From Octopus vulgaris (lineage: Eukaryota), in NCBI GenBank assembly GCA_951406725.2, contig OX597819.1, positions 15,128,001-15,192,000 on the forward strand: a stretch of 64,000 bases of DNA, written 5' to 3'. A program made the translations under genes and the position numbers. A model generated the notes under the pieces. That model searched no databases. It saw nothing but the letters and a program-made list of their open reading frames with translations, and was not told the DNA's origin. How positions within the stretch are numbered: the first letter of the stretch is position 1; every line of letters starts with the position of its first letter. Below, piece after piece: positions 1 to 11,906 of this stretch.

Positions 1-473
1 AACTACACCTTTTCTGTTTTAAAGACCATAAAAAATTATTCTTGAGTGATTTTGTTAAGGACTAGAACAGATTAATTATATTTTAGTTAATTTCAATGGG
101 AGAAAATTGATTTGTAAAATGAGTAAATCGTAAGACGAACCCGGTCATGGGACGAATTAAACTCGTACTGCGAGGTGTCACTATATTTGTATTTTATTTC
201 AAAGCCAATGAGGTCTCTACGTAGTGAAAGGGTTGTAGTCAGTGAACCAATATATCACTGAGACTTCTTTTATTGACATCAAAATAGACGAAGGAACTCT
301 AGATACAAATAATGGAAGACATTTCAATGGAAACACTTTGCTACAGAATAATAATGGTAATGCGCGAGCCTCTGTGTTGTCCTTCGAATTACTAGAAATA
401 GAAACCAAATCCCGCTGAATGACCCTCTACAACATTTAAAAAGGAAATAAAAACTGGCACAGCGTCAGTGATG

Positions 474-761
474 ACGGCGTGTGTTCCTGTTGATCCAATC
501 AACGGAGCAGTCTGCTCGTGAAATTAACACGCAAGTGGCTGAGTACTCCACAGACACACGAACCCTTAGCTGGTTCTCAGGGAGATTCAGCGTGACACAA
601 TGTGACAAGTCTGGCTCTGTGAATTACTGGTACAACTGAGTGGACTGCAGCAACGTGAGATAAAGTGTCTTGCTCAAGGACACAGCGCACCGTTGGGTAT
701 CGAACTCATGAATTTCCGATCTGGAGCTGAACACCCTAACCATTAAGCCACGTGCTTTCAC
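474..761 (-). mobile_element. tRNA-derived SINE, chimeric (E-type head/body + C-type 3' half), diverged
   Basis: Minus strand reads TGGCTTAATGG (A box) ... GAGTTCGATACC (B box), then GTGTCCTTGAGCAAGACACTTT as in the copies at 24466 and 57805. The 3' half matches SINE C at ~4985-5125. Confidence 0.8.
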
Positions 762-1109
762 TAAATGGAAATAACCCACATTGAATAACGTGGTCCCAGA
801 GACTGAAAACCATGTTGATCGCGCGGGAAGCGTTTGATCCTCGCTCAATTAGAGTTAAATAATAGAAATGAGTTGAACAAAGGAATTTTTATTCATTCAA
901 TGGAAACAATGAACGGCTGAGAGGACATTGTACTATTTCTTAAGAGACAGCTCTGACGCAAATAACTTTAACAATAATAAAGTTTATTGATAAAGTCAAC
1001 ATTCATAGATTGGTAAGAGAATTCCTTAGTTATTATTTTCCACTCAGCACATTGTTAATCCGCCATCCACCACCCACACACACACACACACACGATGGTA
1101 AGTAAAAAA

Positions 1110-2180
1110 AATATGATAAGCACTCTTGTTTCAGTAATTTATTAAAACCAAAGCAGAGGTTGAACAATTACATCATTTTTCAATGCAGTCTGCTTGGTTT
1201 TTGATGCACTTCTTCCAGCAGTTCACAAGCTCACTTATTCCCTCGGAGAAGAAGGTTTTCATCTGATCAAGCAGCCATCTATGCACTGCTTCCTGCATTT
1301 CTTCATCCACAGCAAACTGTTGACCTTATAAAGGCTGTTTGAGTGCGCCAAAAGAAAGTGATAGTCAGAAGGGGTGAGATCTGGACTGTATGCAGGGTGT
1401 TCTAGCAATGCGAAACCCAATTTTTCAATGGTTTCAACAGTGTGAGAGGCCATACGTAAGCGTGCATTATCGTGCAACCATAACAGTTGATTTGACAATA
1501 GACCTCGGCGTTGGGTGCGAATTGCTGGTTTCAGTTTACTCTTACTCTTTTTACTCTTTTACTTGTTTCAGTCATTTGACTGCGGCCATGCTGGAGCACC
1601 GCCTTTAGTCGAGCAAATCGACCTCGGTACTTATTCTTTGTAAGCCCAGTACTTATTCTATCGGTCTCTTTTGCCGAATCGCTAAGTGACGGCGACGTAA
1701 ACACACCAGCATCGGTTGTCAAGCAATGCTAGGGGGACAAACACAGACACACAACCATACACACACAACCATACACACACAAACACACACATATATATAT
1801 ATACATATATACGACAGGCTTCTTTCAGTTTCCGTCTACCAAATCCACTCACAAGGCTTTGGTCGGCCCGAGGCTATAGTAGAAGACACTTGCCCAAGAT
1901 GCCAGGCAGTGGGACTGAACCTGTAACCCGGAACCATGTGGTTGGTAAGCAAGCTACTTACCACACAGGCACTCCTCCTAGTTTGTTGGCCAGCATTTCA
2001 CTGTATCCTACACTGGTGATTGTAGACCCCTCTTCCAAGTAATGTTCCAGTAGACGCCCTTTTGTCTCCCATAAAACAGTTAGGTTCACTTTTTATGCGC
2101 AAGTTTGAATCTTGAATTTCTTTTACACAAACGATTCCGGGTATTTCCACTCCATATTCTGCCTTTTGGATTCTAGTGAT
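1110..2180 (-). mobile_element. Mariner-type transposase remnant (pseudogenised), split by a SINE
   Basis: Minus-strand translation: ESKRQNMEWKYPES..KVNLTVLWETKGRLLEHYLEEGSTITSVGYSEMLANKL / KPAIRTQRRGLLSNQLLWLHDNAR..HPAYSPDLTPSDYH..FFSEGISELVNCWKKCIKNQADCIEK*. Carries mariner HDNA and YSPDL motifs, with stops and frameshifts. Confidence 0.92.
1538..1979 (-). mobile_element. SINE family A, full length, inserted in the mariner
   Basis: tRNA-like head TGTGTGGTAAG..GGTTCAGTCCC, CORE-like CTTGGGCAAGTGTCTT, internal TA/TG microsatellite, (GAGTAAAA)n tail. AGTTT is duplicated at 1533-1537 and 1980-1984. Confidence 0.92.
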
Positions 2181-2218
2181 TAGGACAGAGCTCGGTTGGT
2201 GGGATTTAGCATGGGCGA

Positions 2219-2459
2219 GCTGGTAGGCGGCGAGCTGGTAGAAACGTTAGCACGCCGGGCGAAATGCATAGCGGTATTTCGCCTGTCGTTACGTTGTGAG
2301 TTCAGATTCCGCCGAGGTCGACTTTGCCTTTCATCCTTTCGGGGTCGATAAATTAAGTACCAGTTGCGCACTGGGGTTGATGTAATCGACTTAATACCTA
2401 CGTCTGTCCTTGTTTGTCCCCTCTATGTTTAGACCCTTGTGGGTAATAAAGAAATAGGT
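2219..2459 (+). mobile_element. SINE family B monomer
   Basis: GGCGGCGAGCTGG..GAGTTCAGATTCC..GTCGACTTTGCCTTTCATCCTTTCGGGGTCGAT. 15-bp TSD ATTTAGCATGGGCGA at 2204-2218 and 2460-2474. Confidence 0.92.
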
Positions 2460-2504
2460 ATTTAGCATGGGCGACGAGTGTGTCAGGCGTCCTTGTGTAG
2501 AGGA

Positions 2505-2590
2505 GGGATTCCAACCACGTTTCGTGGTTCGCTATCTCAACAACTTCTTTATAGGATCCAGTTGCTAAAAACATCATCAGGAGGAATCCC
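2505..2590 (-). ncRNA. Degenerate hammerhead-ribozyme-like motif
   Basis: Minus strand: GGGATTCC-TC-CTGATGA-[long imperfect stem II]-GAAAC-GTG-GTT-GGAATCCC. 8-bp stem I with a 2-nt offset. Confidence 0.4.
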
Positions 2591-3162
2591 GTCCGGTTTC
2601 GGCTCCTACTCCTCTACCACTTTCGAAGTGGTGGGGGAACCCCACCCTTCCGGAGGCGTCTTCAGCTCTGGTGTTGAGTGTGTTTCTTCTTTCTCCTTTT
2701 TTATGTTACGTAACTCCTTTCTATGTTATGTAACTCATTTTTATGTTACGTAACTAACCAGTTGAGCGGAACAGTAACCGTTGTAGAAGCGGTATAACGG
2801 ACATTGTGAGGGGACAATGCAACTGTAGAGCAGAATTTATAGTGTGCTGCTTAGTGAATACTCGTTGGTCAATTCGATGGTTTTCTTTTGGATGTTGTCG
2901 GAAGTATTCATTTGTATGTCAAACGTGGAAACGGTATTTCAGAAAAGTCAGCAACAGTTCGGTACTGACGTAGTTTCTTAGAATTTCTTCACAAATTTTG
3001 ATTCAGAACTCTTTTTACTTTTTCAGATTTTAATTAATTTTTCTTTATTAACTCCAAATTTAAGGAACTGAAATGTCGTGTTGTTTTAATTATTATTGAT
3101 TATAAACCATAACCAAAAGTACGCGATCTTGTGCTTATCTTAGAAATCAATAAATAGTAAAT

Positions 3163-3375
3163 ATTCTTTTCTACTCAAGGCACAAGGCCTGAAATTTGGG
3201 GGGAGGGTGCCAGTCGATTAGATCGACTCCAATATGCAACTGGTACTTAATTTACCGATCCCGAAAGGATGAAAGGCAAAGTCGACCTCGGCGGAATTTG
3301 AACTCAGAACGTAACGGCAGACGAAATACGGCTACGCATTTCGCCCGGCGTGCTAACGTTTCTGCCAGCTCGCCA
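3163..3375 (-). mobile_element. SINE family B with its terminal tail
   Basis: Reverse complement of family B ending in ..CCTTGTGCCTTGAGTAGAAAAGAATATT, the same tail as at 16700-16734. Confidence 0.9.
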
Positions 3376-3575
3376 TCTAAACAAACCGTAAATATAATAC
3401 GTATATACACACACACACATACGCACACACACACACACACACATACTCATGTACGTGCATGCGTGTGTATGTATGTATGTATGTATGTATGCATGCATGC
3501 ATATATGTATGTATACATAAATACACACGTACAGAAATAAATAGGTAGCGAGAATTATGTGTTCATGTACAGATT

Positions 3576-3606
3576 AGAGATAGATAGATAGATAGACAGA
3601 CAGATG

Positions 3607-3671
<65 letters not shown>

Positions 3672-3684
3672 GTAGATAGATAGG

Positions 3685-3743
<59 letters not shown>

Positions 3744-3756
3744 GTAGATAGATAGG

Positions 3757-3815
<59 letters not shown>

Positions 3816-3836
3816 TTTTGATAGATAGATAGTTTT

Positions 3837-3915
<79 letters not shown>
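3576..3915. repeat. (GATA)n microsatellite
   Basis: Seen directly. Confidence 0.98.
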
Positions 3916-4439
3916 GCATACTTACATATAAACATATTCACACACATATAGAGGTACACATGATACCCAAGACGCCCATTAGATAAACAGCGGATAATGG
4001 ACCCAATTCTATTGATTTCACAGCTGTTTTCATGGTGTAGAAAAATACACAAAAAATAATGTTTTAAGATATTGGTGGGGGGTCGGGGAGGGGAAGTTTT
4101 TTTTTTCTTTTTTTTCTTTCTTTTTCTTTATTATATAATTTACGTCATAGTTTTTAACAGATCCGCAATAATCAAACGAACCCACGGGACGTCCAGCAGA
4201 AGTTCTCTCTCTCTCTCTCTCTTATTGTATCCGAGTGTGTATGTGTGCGTGTGTGTATTTATATGTGTGTGTGTATGTGTGTGTGTGTGTGTGCGTGCGT
4301 GTGTGTGTCCAGTCCACACAAACTACAAGACTTTGTTCATTGAGAAGGTGGTGGTTGAGCTGGATGTTCCATTAAAATGTAGAAAAATGAGAGAAAAATT
4401 ATAGATAAAACGAATCGTCTTATTTGGGTGGAGTCTTAC

Positions 4440-4527
<88 letters not shown>

Positions 4528-4586
4528 CAGAATGAGATAACAAAGCCAAGGCTGTGAGGAGTCTTCAGGACATTTATAATGAAATA

Positions 4587-4634
4587 GCCTTACAGCTGTT
4601 TCTGGGATATTATGGATATCCCTTCATCAGAGAC
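4587..4634 (-). ncRNA. Minimal type-I hammerhead ribozyme (Penelope pLTR-type)
   Basis: Minus strand: GTCT-CTGATGA-A-GGGATAT(CCATA)ATATCCC-A-GAA-ACAGCTGT-A-AGGC. Palindromic stem III ACAGCUGU, GUA cleavage triplet, stem I GUCU/AGGC. Lies ~65 bp from a (TA)n tract. Confidence 0.7.
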
Positions 4635-4761
4635 GGTTTGAGAAAATATTTGAGTTCGAATTATTGTGGAAAAGATGGGGAATATAGACGGAAATAAGAG
4701 AATGAAAGTAGAAATAAGATATATAAAGACTTTGTAGTTGCAGTTCCATTATTCGAGGTAA

Positions 4762-5145
4762 GTGGAGGCGCAATGGCCCAGTGGTTAGGGCAGCGGACTC
4801 GCGGTCGTAGGATCGCGGTTTCGATTCCCAGACCGGGCGTTGTGAGTGTTTATTGAGCGAAAACACCTAAAGCTCCACGAGGCTCCGGCAGGGGATGGTG
4901 GTGATCCCTGCTGTACTCTTTCACCACAACTTTCTCTCACTCTTACTTCCTGTTTCTGTTGTGCCCGTATTTCAAAGGGCCGGCCTTGTCACTCTCTGTG
5001 TCACGCTGAATATCCCCGAGAACTACGTTAAGGGTACACGTGTCTGTGGAGTGCTCAGCCACTTACACGTTAATTTCACGAGCAGGCTGTTCCGTTGATC
5101 GGATCAACCGGAACCCTCGTCGTCGTAACCGACGGAGTGCTTCCC
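4762..5145 (+). mobile_element. SINE family C (tRNA-derived head)
   Basis: GTGGAGGCGCAATGGCCCAGTGGTTAGG (A box)..GGTTTCGATTCCC (B box). TSD ATTCGAGGTA at 4751-4760 and 5146-5155. Near-identical to 9128-9494. Confidence 0.93.
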
Positions 5146-5888
5146 ATTCGAGGTAAATGGTGTGTGGAAGTGGTAAAAACGCTTCCAGTACATGGTATGT
5201 AAGTTCCGATAGCAGTTCATGTTTAGTCATTTCGAAGTATGGAGTCGTGGAATCAGTGTTGCTCGTTCGTAAGGGTTTTTTTTTTTTTTGGTGTGAATGA
5301 AAATTTGAGAATGTTTTAGTAGTATTTGTGGATAGATGGAGGGAGGAGAGATGTGTATGATTAGAAAGAGGAGACTGGTCAGATTTAAAACAAGAAGAGA
5401 AAATGAGAGGAAGAAACAGAGAAAAAAGAAAAACGGGAGAGAGAAAAAAGGAAAAACGAGAGGAAGAAAGAGAGAAATGAGAGGAAATGAGAGGAAGAAA
5501 GAGAGAAAAAAGAAAAAAAGGTGAAAGAAAAAACGAAAAACGCACACAAACACAAACACCCATATAAGGTGGCCGATTGGTAAAGCCGTTAAAGCGTAGA
5601 TTAGATTGCATTTCAGTAATCGCTCCGGTTCTTTACGCTCTGAGTTCAAAGCCCACCGAGGTCACCTTTCCGCTTGTTCTCAGCTCTGGGTGTAGTGTAT
5701 TTTATAGCAGAAACAGCTGTAAGCCAATGGTAGCACTTGCTTGTATCAATACTTGTGGCGGCATTCACCGTGGTGAACTCGTTGCCCAGCTTCGGCCAAC
5801 GTGTCCACTATGTCCCTCACGAATGCTGACCACATCAGACGGTCTGCGGCCAAAATTCCAGCTTCCTATTTTGACAAATACCCCATTA

Positions 5889-6064
5889 GGAGAGCGAGCA
5901 CGCCGGAGAGCGAGCACGCCGGAGAGCGAGCACGCCGGAGAGCGAACACGCCGGAGAGCGAGCACGCCGGAGAGCGAGCACGCCGGAGAGCGAGCACGCC
6001 GGAGAGCGAGCACGCCGGAGAGCGAGCACGCCGGAGAGCGAGCACGCCGGAGAGCGCAGACGCC
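5889..6064. repeat. GC-rich 16-bp minisatellite (GGAGAGCGAGCACGCC) x11
   Basis: Seen directly. Abuts a possible RTE endonuclease N-terminal remnant on the minus strand (KIGSWNFG, ~5770-5885). Confidence 0.95.
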
Positions 6065-6518
6065 GAAGCCGTAGTCGTCATTTGTTATTGAGATGTGGAG
6101 GTTATGTTCGGAGTTTCAGTGGGAATACAAGTTCAGATGTGGCCCTTGGTCACATGCATACACACTTTGGGATGGTGTGATTCGTACCAGCCCATCTTGC
6201 TGTCGATTTTCGACCATCGCAGAGGATTCGTTGACCAAGTTATCACTGGTTATCGGAGCAGACGTAGCCTGGGTTTGATACAGGTGACACAGATGCTTGT
6301 TAGCCCATTGCTGGGACCCTAACAACTGCTACTACTTCGGAACAATAACAACTAAGAGGTGGTTCAACATCTAAAAAAACATGGAACTGCCGTACCAAGG
6401 CTTCACTACCGGGTGCAGTTTCGAGTCTTACCCAGGGCACATGTTAACGAGGGTGGCTATGAAACGCCTGTTATGTCATTCATTAAGTGATGTTACGCTA
6501 TAACGCTTTAGTATAAAG

Positions 6519-6849
6519 AAGGGCTGGCCAATGTGAGGCCGCATGCGCCCAGCAGACTTTTATCTTGCAGCACGCTTCATGCTTTCTTGAAATGGGTGAT
6601 CTCTTTATTGTGTTTAATTTCGAAATAAAATTGCTGGTGTAAAACATTTGTTTCAAAATAAATTTAAAATTCATAAGTGGCAATTTATAAGCCTACAATT
6701 TTATAATTTAAAAAAAAAACGAAAATTATGAAAAATTCTTGATTCTGTAATTGATTATTTGACTATTAGTGCATAAAATACGCAAGCGGCCCCCAAAAAC
6801 TTTCTGTGAATAAAGTGGCCCGCAATGTAATTCGAGCTGACCAGGCCTG
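6519..6849. mobile_element. hAT (Charlie-like) MITE
   Basis: Imperfect TIRs AGGGCTGGCCA / TGACCAGGCCTG, subterminal GGCCC motifs, 8-bp TSD GTATAAAG (6511-6518) / GTCTAAAG (6850-6857). Confidence 0.7.
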
Positions 6850-8231
6850 GTCTAAAGCATTCATACATTTACATCAAAGCAGAATCATTTTAATTGTTTA
6901 AGAACACAAAACCTGTTACATTTTTTTTTCATAACCATCAGAGCGCAAAGCGCTCCTCACTACCGCAGGTTCGTGAGATGGTTGTAATCTATAAACAGTT
7001 TTGAGTTGGAACCGGAAAGAGAAGTATGAATGCGCAATGCGCACGTGCACACTGAATTTGTAAACCGGAAGAGAATAAAATAATAAAAGAATAAAAACGC
7101 AATGCCAAATATGCCACGCATGACACCATGATCACACAGTTTCGCTGCAATTTTCTCGTTTAAGTTACTGCCAAAACGATTCCTCGCACTTGTGCAGTCT
7201 GGTCACTAACACAAATCCACTGCATCTTTTCTTTGTTTAGTATTTTTATATAATTTTGGGGTTTTTCTTTCCTATCTGCTCTTACTTTTTGCTTCCCTCT
7301 CCCCATCTGTTTCTCTCTTTTTCTCCCCCACATTTTCCTCCTTACATATCTCCTCTCATGCATTTGTTAGTGTTATTTTATTGTAGCGGAACTTTATACC
7401 TTTGAGTTTACTGTATTGTTGCTATTTGAACCTATAATGAGGACCATTAGTCACTAAAAACTAAAGACCCTTAATATAAAAAGTTCAAACGACTACAACA
7501 CAATTGACCGACATGTCCAAACTTCAACAAGAAAAGAACAAAAAATTATTAAAGTGGCATTTAAAATTAAACGAAACTAAGAAAAGAAACCAACAAGAGG
7601 AACCAGAAAAGATGATGCAAAAACTATCTTTTACTATTATGTTATTGAATTAGACTGCTTTAACAACTAAAGCCATTGTGCGAATCTAGACAATAGAAGG
7701 ACGGCAGTGAAGCTTTTTCAAACTTTCAACTTCAGCCAAGACCTACATCATTTTATGTGTTGGAGTGGGGTGGAATAAAAATATTTTTAGATTCTGAGAA
7801 ACAACTAATATGAGAAAGGGAGTTGTTTTCTTATTTTTACTGATAGTTTATCTTATTTAGAAGTGTTTTAATTAAGAGAGAGCATATACTAAATATAGCT
7901 TTTTATTTCTTTTTACCCACCGCACTATAAAGATTACCCAACCCTGACGTAAGAGAAGCAACTCACAGTTAAATTCCGCCCAACCAAATAACCAAAATAC
8001 CCATTGTCCATCAAGCTAATTCTACAACATTTTAAGCTCCAAGGACAGACGTCCAATCTGCCGCTCCACCAATATTTTGACAAAGAACACTTGCTTAAAA
8101 CGTCAAAGAAAGCCTTCTTTTTTCACAGTATTTATTTAATTACTGGTGTTTTCTTTCGTGCTGATGTTTTCATTTTATTGATATATGGACGAGCGCGTGT
8201 GTTGGTAGTTATATGTATACGTATGCGTGTA

Positions 8232-8266
<35 letters not shown>

Positions 8267-8449
8267 ATGTATGTATGTATGTATGTATGTATGTATGTAT
8301 GTATGTATGCATGTATGTATGTATGCCTGTATGTATGTATAATTATATAATGTATATATATATATATATATATATATAATCATATCAAATATATAGATAT
8401 ATACACACACACATATATATTATATAAATTATCTAATTAATATTATATA

Positions 8450-8575
<126 letters not shown>

Positions 8576-8845
8576 GACATGAAGTCGGGGTTGCTATATG
8601 TGGTTTACAGCAAAGTGAGAAAATAAAGCAATAAAATAATGAAACAAACAAACAATGGCCGTCTTGTGGCTGGTTGAGATTCTAAATGATTAACTGTAGA
8701 CAGTTGGAGCGATAAGTTAATTAAATTAAATTCAATTTAATTTACTCGTATGGCTTCTCTCTTTCTCCTGTTATTCAGTCTGTCTAACCAACTGTTTCTC
8801 TGTTACGTCATGTTATTCCAGCTTTTCTTCCGTTTACCTTCTCTT

Positions 8846-8881
<36 letters not shown>

Positions 8882-9127
8882 ATGCGAGCGCACATACTCA
8901 TACATTCCAAGTCACCATCTGCGTCTTCGCCGTTCTATTTCTCTATCTGCCCGTTTGTCTATCTGCTTCATTATCTATAGCTCCCTATCTCTGCCACTTC
9001 ATCTTTCTCTACGATTAAAAGCATTAAGAACTTAGGCCGACAAAACGCCATCTATTGTCAGTTTTATGCTTCTACTCTCTTGGCATTTTGTTATGAAATT
9101 CTTTCACATCGCAGTAGACCAGATCCA

Positions 9128-9494
9128 GTGGAGGCGCAATGGCCCAGTGGTTAGGGCAGCGGACTCGCGGTCATAGGATCGCGGTTTCGATTCCCAGACC
9201 GGGCGTTGTGAGTGTTTATTGAGCGAAAACACCTAAAGGTCCACGAGGCTCCGGCAGGGGATGGTGGTGATCCCTGCTGTACTCTTTCACCACAACTTTC
9301 TCTCACTCTTACTTCCTGTTTCTGTTGTACCTGTATTTCAAGGGGCCGGCCTTGTCACTCTCTGTGTCACGCTGAATATCCCCGAGAACTACGTTAAGGG
9401 TGCACGTGTCTGTGGAGTGCTCAGCCACTTACACGTTAATTTCACGATTCGGATCAACCGGAACCCTCATCGTCGTAACCGACGGAGTGCTTCC
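9128..9494 (+). mobile_element. SINE family C flanked by ~162-bp direct repeats
   Basis: Near-identical to 4762-5145. Flanks 8966-9127 and 9495-9655 are copies of each other. Confidence 0.93.
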
Positions 9495-9730
9495 CTTCAT
9501 TATCTATAGCTCCCTATCTCTGCCACTTCATCTTTCTCTACGGTTAAAAGCATGAGAACTTGGGCCGACAAAACGCCATCTATTGTCAGTTTTATGCTTC
9601 TACTCTCTTGGCATTTTGTTATGAAATTCTTTCACATCGCAGTAGACCAGATCCAAATTCACCGAGTTGAAACTCACGATGTAAACAGATTACTTGAGAT
9701 CCACTAACCATACATACACACACACGCACA

Positions 9731-10065
9731 TCTTTGTATATAAAAGTCAAGTTGTGTGTCTGTCCCCTACGATTTAGATTCCTAACTACTCCCACATTTT
9801 GCGGTGCAGTTTAACCAAAAGCGGGTATCTTATAGTCGTGATTCATATCGAGCCCTTCTGGGTATTAGCGCGTGTCTACGATGAGTCTACGATTTTTTTA
9901 AAAATTTACCATAATTTTTTTCCATTTTAATGCATTTCTTTCGCTATTATATAAGGGAAGTAACTTTTTAATGCATTTTTTTGCTATTTTTTGCTATAAC
10001 TCTCTAAAAATGCTTATATAGTTATTTCCCTTACACACCCGAGCAACGCCGGGCGATACTGCTAG
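9731..10065 (+). mobile_element. Non-autonomous Helitron
   Basis: A|TC 5' end, subterminal hairpin CCCGAGCAACGCCGGG, CTAG|T 3' end, no TSD. A second copy lies at 22956-23346. Confidence 0.85.
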
Positions 10066-10844
10066 TTCAGATATAATTAGCGAATTGTTTAAAAAAATGT
10101 TTGCTGTTATATTGTCAATACATATTTGTGCAATGGCGCGTGAGGTGGTTCAATATAATTGAAAGGAATCAGATTAAGAGCGATAACATATACAATGAGA
10201 CCATAGACAGCGTTGTATGGAGGAGAAACGTACGGGATTATGATCAAGTAACATTTATTTCATTACGTAACTTCATTATGTGTCCGTACATACATACATG
10301 AGAGCACATGCGCACAATCTATACCACTGAATTGTGTGTGCGTGAGTGGGTGGTGCACATATTTTATGGATGTGCACATGCACATATGTCTGTATTTATA
10401 TTTATAATCATAAATTTGGATATGGGCGTGTGTGAGCGGCGTTCTCACATAAAATAATTAAGGAATTAATCAATTCATCGTGAACACAACTTCTAATAAA
10501 GATTCCAGTGGTAATGCAAGGGAGACAATATTTAGGATTTTTTATATGTTACCTCCCATGACCTGTATGTATTTTATTTACCTCCAAATCCCGTACACTT
10601 TTGCATAGCTTCGTGTATTCTCATACAAGATGGAGACGAGTACCAAATCTGATTCCAGCCTTGGCTGGAGTCAGGTTTGGTACACCCACTGTGGTCAAGT
10701 GTTGTTCTTATATTGTTTGAAATTTTATATATCATGTGAAACAAACGGTTTTTTAGTTATGATGTAATATACTCATTAATTCATTTTAAAAATCCGTTGG
10801 AAACAGCTGTAATGAAGTGACACTTATCCATCGTTTGTTATTTA

Positions 10845-10879
<35 letters not shown>

Positions 10880-10992
10880 TTGTGTATGTGTGTGATTGTG
10901 TATGTGTGTGTTTACGTATGTATTTATAAGTGTGTGCGTGTGTATGTGTGTGTATTTGTGCTCTCTTTAACATCATACCAAGAAAGACGCGT

Positions 10993-11290
10993 AAGGATGA
11001 AAGGCAAAGTCGACCTCGGCGGAATTTGAACTCAGAACGTAGCGGCAGACGAAATACTTATTTTTTTACTACCCATAAGGGGCTAGACACAGAGAGGACA
11101 AACAAGGACAGACAAACGGATTAAGTCGATTATATCGACCCCAGTGCGTAACTGGTACTTATTTAATCTACCCCGAAAGGATGAAAGGCAAAGTCGACCT
11201 TGGCGGAATTTGAACTCAGAACGTAGCGGCAGACGAAATACTGCTAAGCATTTCACCCGGTGTGCTAACGTTTCTGCCAGCTCACCACCT
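10993..11290 (-). mobile_element. SINE family B, tandem dimer (3' truncated)
   Basis: Head plus ~170-bp unit, followed by a second partial unit. Confidence 0.88.
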
Positions 11291-11590
11291 TAAATAGCAA
11301 AATGGAATATTATTAGTGTTATTAAGATGGCAAGCAAGCTGCAATGCTTGCATGTCGAGCAAATTGCTTAGCCTAATTTCATCTGGCTTTCTACGTTCCG
11401 AGGTCAAATGTCGAGGAGGGAGACTTTGCCTCCCATCCTTTCGGAGTCGATGAAATAAATCCGTCAATTACTGGAGTCCATTTAATCGACTAAATTCCGC
11501 CCCCTCCCACTCCCCTCTAAAATTATGCCATAATTAGAAAGTGTTAATTATTACTCTACACATCGATGACTGTTTCATGCCACATGTTTC

Positions 11591-11834
11591 TTTTTTTTTT
11601 TTTTTACTTGTGTAAGTCATTAGACTGCGGCCCAACTGGGGCACCGCCTTGAAAGATTTTTAGCCGAACGAATCGTCCCCAACACTTTTTTTAAGCCTGA
11701 TACTTGTTCTGTCGGTGTTTTAGGCTGAGCCGCTAGGTTATGGGGGACACAAACACCCCCAACTCTGGTTGTCAAGGGATGGTTGGGGACAAGCGCAAAG
11801 ATACACTCACACACACACACATAGATACACACAT

Positions 11835-11845
<11 letters not shown>
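11591..11845 (-). mobile_element. SINE family A 3' half, diverged
   Basis: TAGACTGCGGCCCAACTGGGGCACCGCC tail and body match family A. Confidence 0.75.
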
Positions 11846-11904
<59 letters not shown>

Positions 11905-11906
11905 TT

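Noticed and set aside
100-185. Possible pogo/Tigger-like terminal repeat (CGAGGTGTCACTATA)
   Set aside because: The partner end is not in the window and the match is too weak.
2180-2371. Recurring ORF 'MRNWYLIYRPRKDERQSRPRRNLNSER..' resembling a gene family
   Set aside because: It is the antisense translation of SINE B. The 'RQASFSFRLPNPLTR' ORFs are likewise SINE A.
3555-4052. Long ORFs of SIYL, YI, CV, HT, LLAC and poly-I/L/Y type here and throughout the window
   Set aside because: They are translations of stop-free microsatellites with no coding signal.
4762-4837. tRNA genes at SINE heads (also 9128, 54206, 31595)
   Set aside because: A/B boxes are present but there is no paired acceptor stem. 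They continue into SINE bodies or tails, most with TSDs.
7000-7075. ETS (CCGGAA) and NRF1-like motifs; also CRE/octamer/E-box-like words at ~16120-16156
   Set aside because: Short motifs with no linked gene or TSS evidence; they could be chance or TE-derived.
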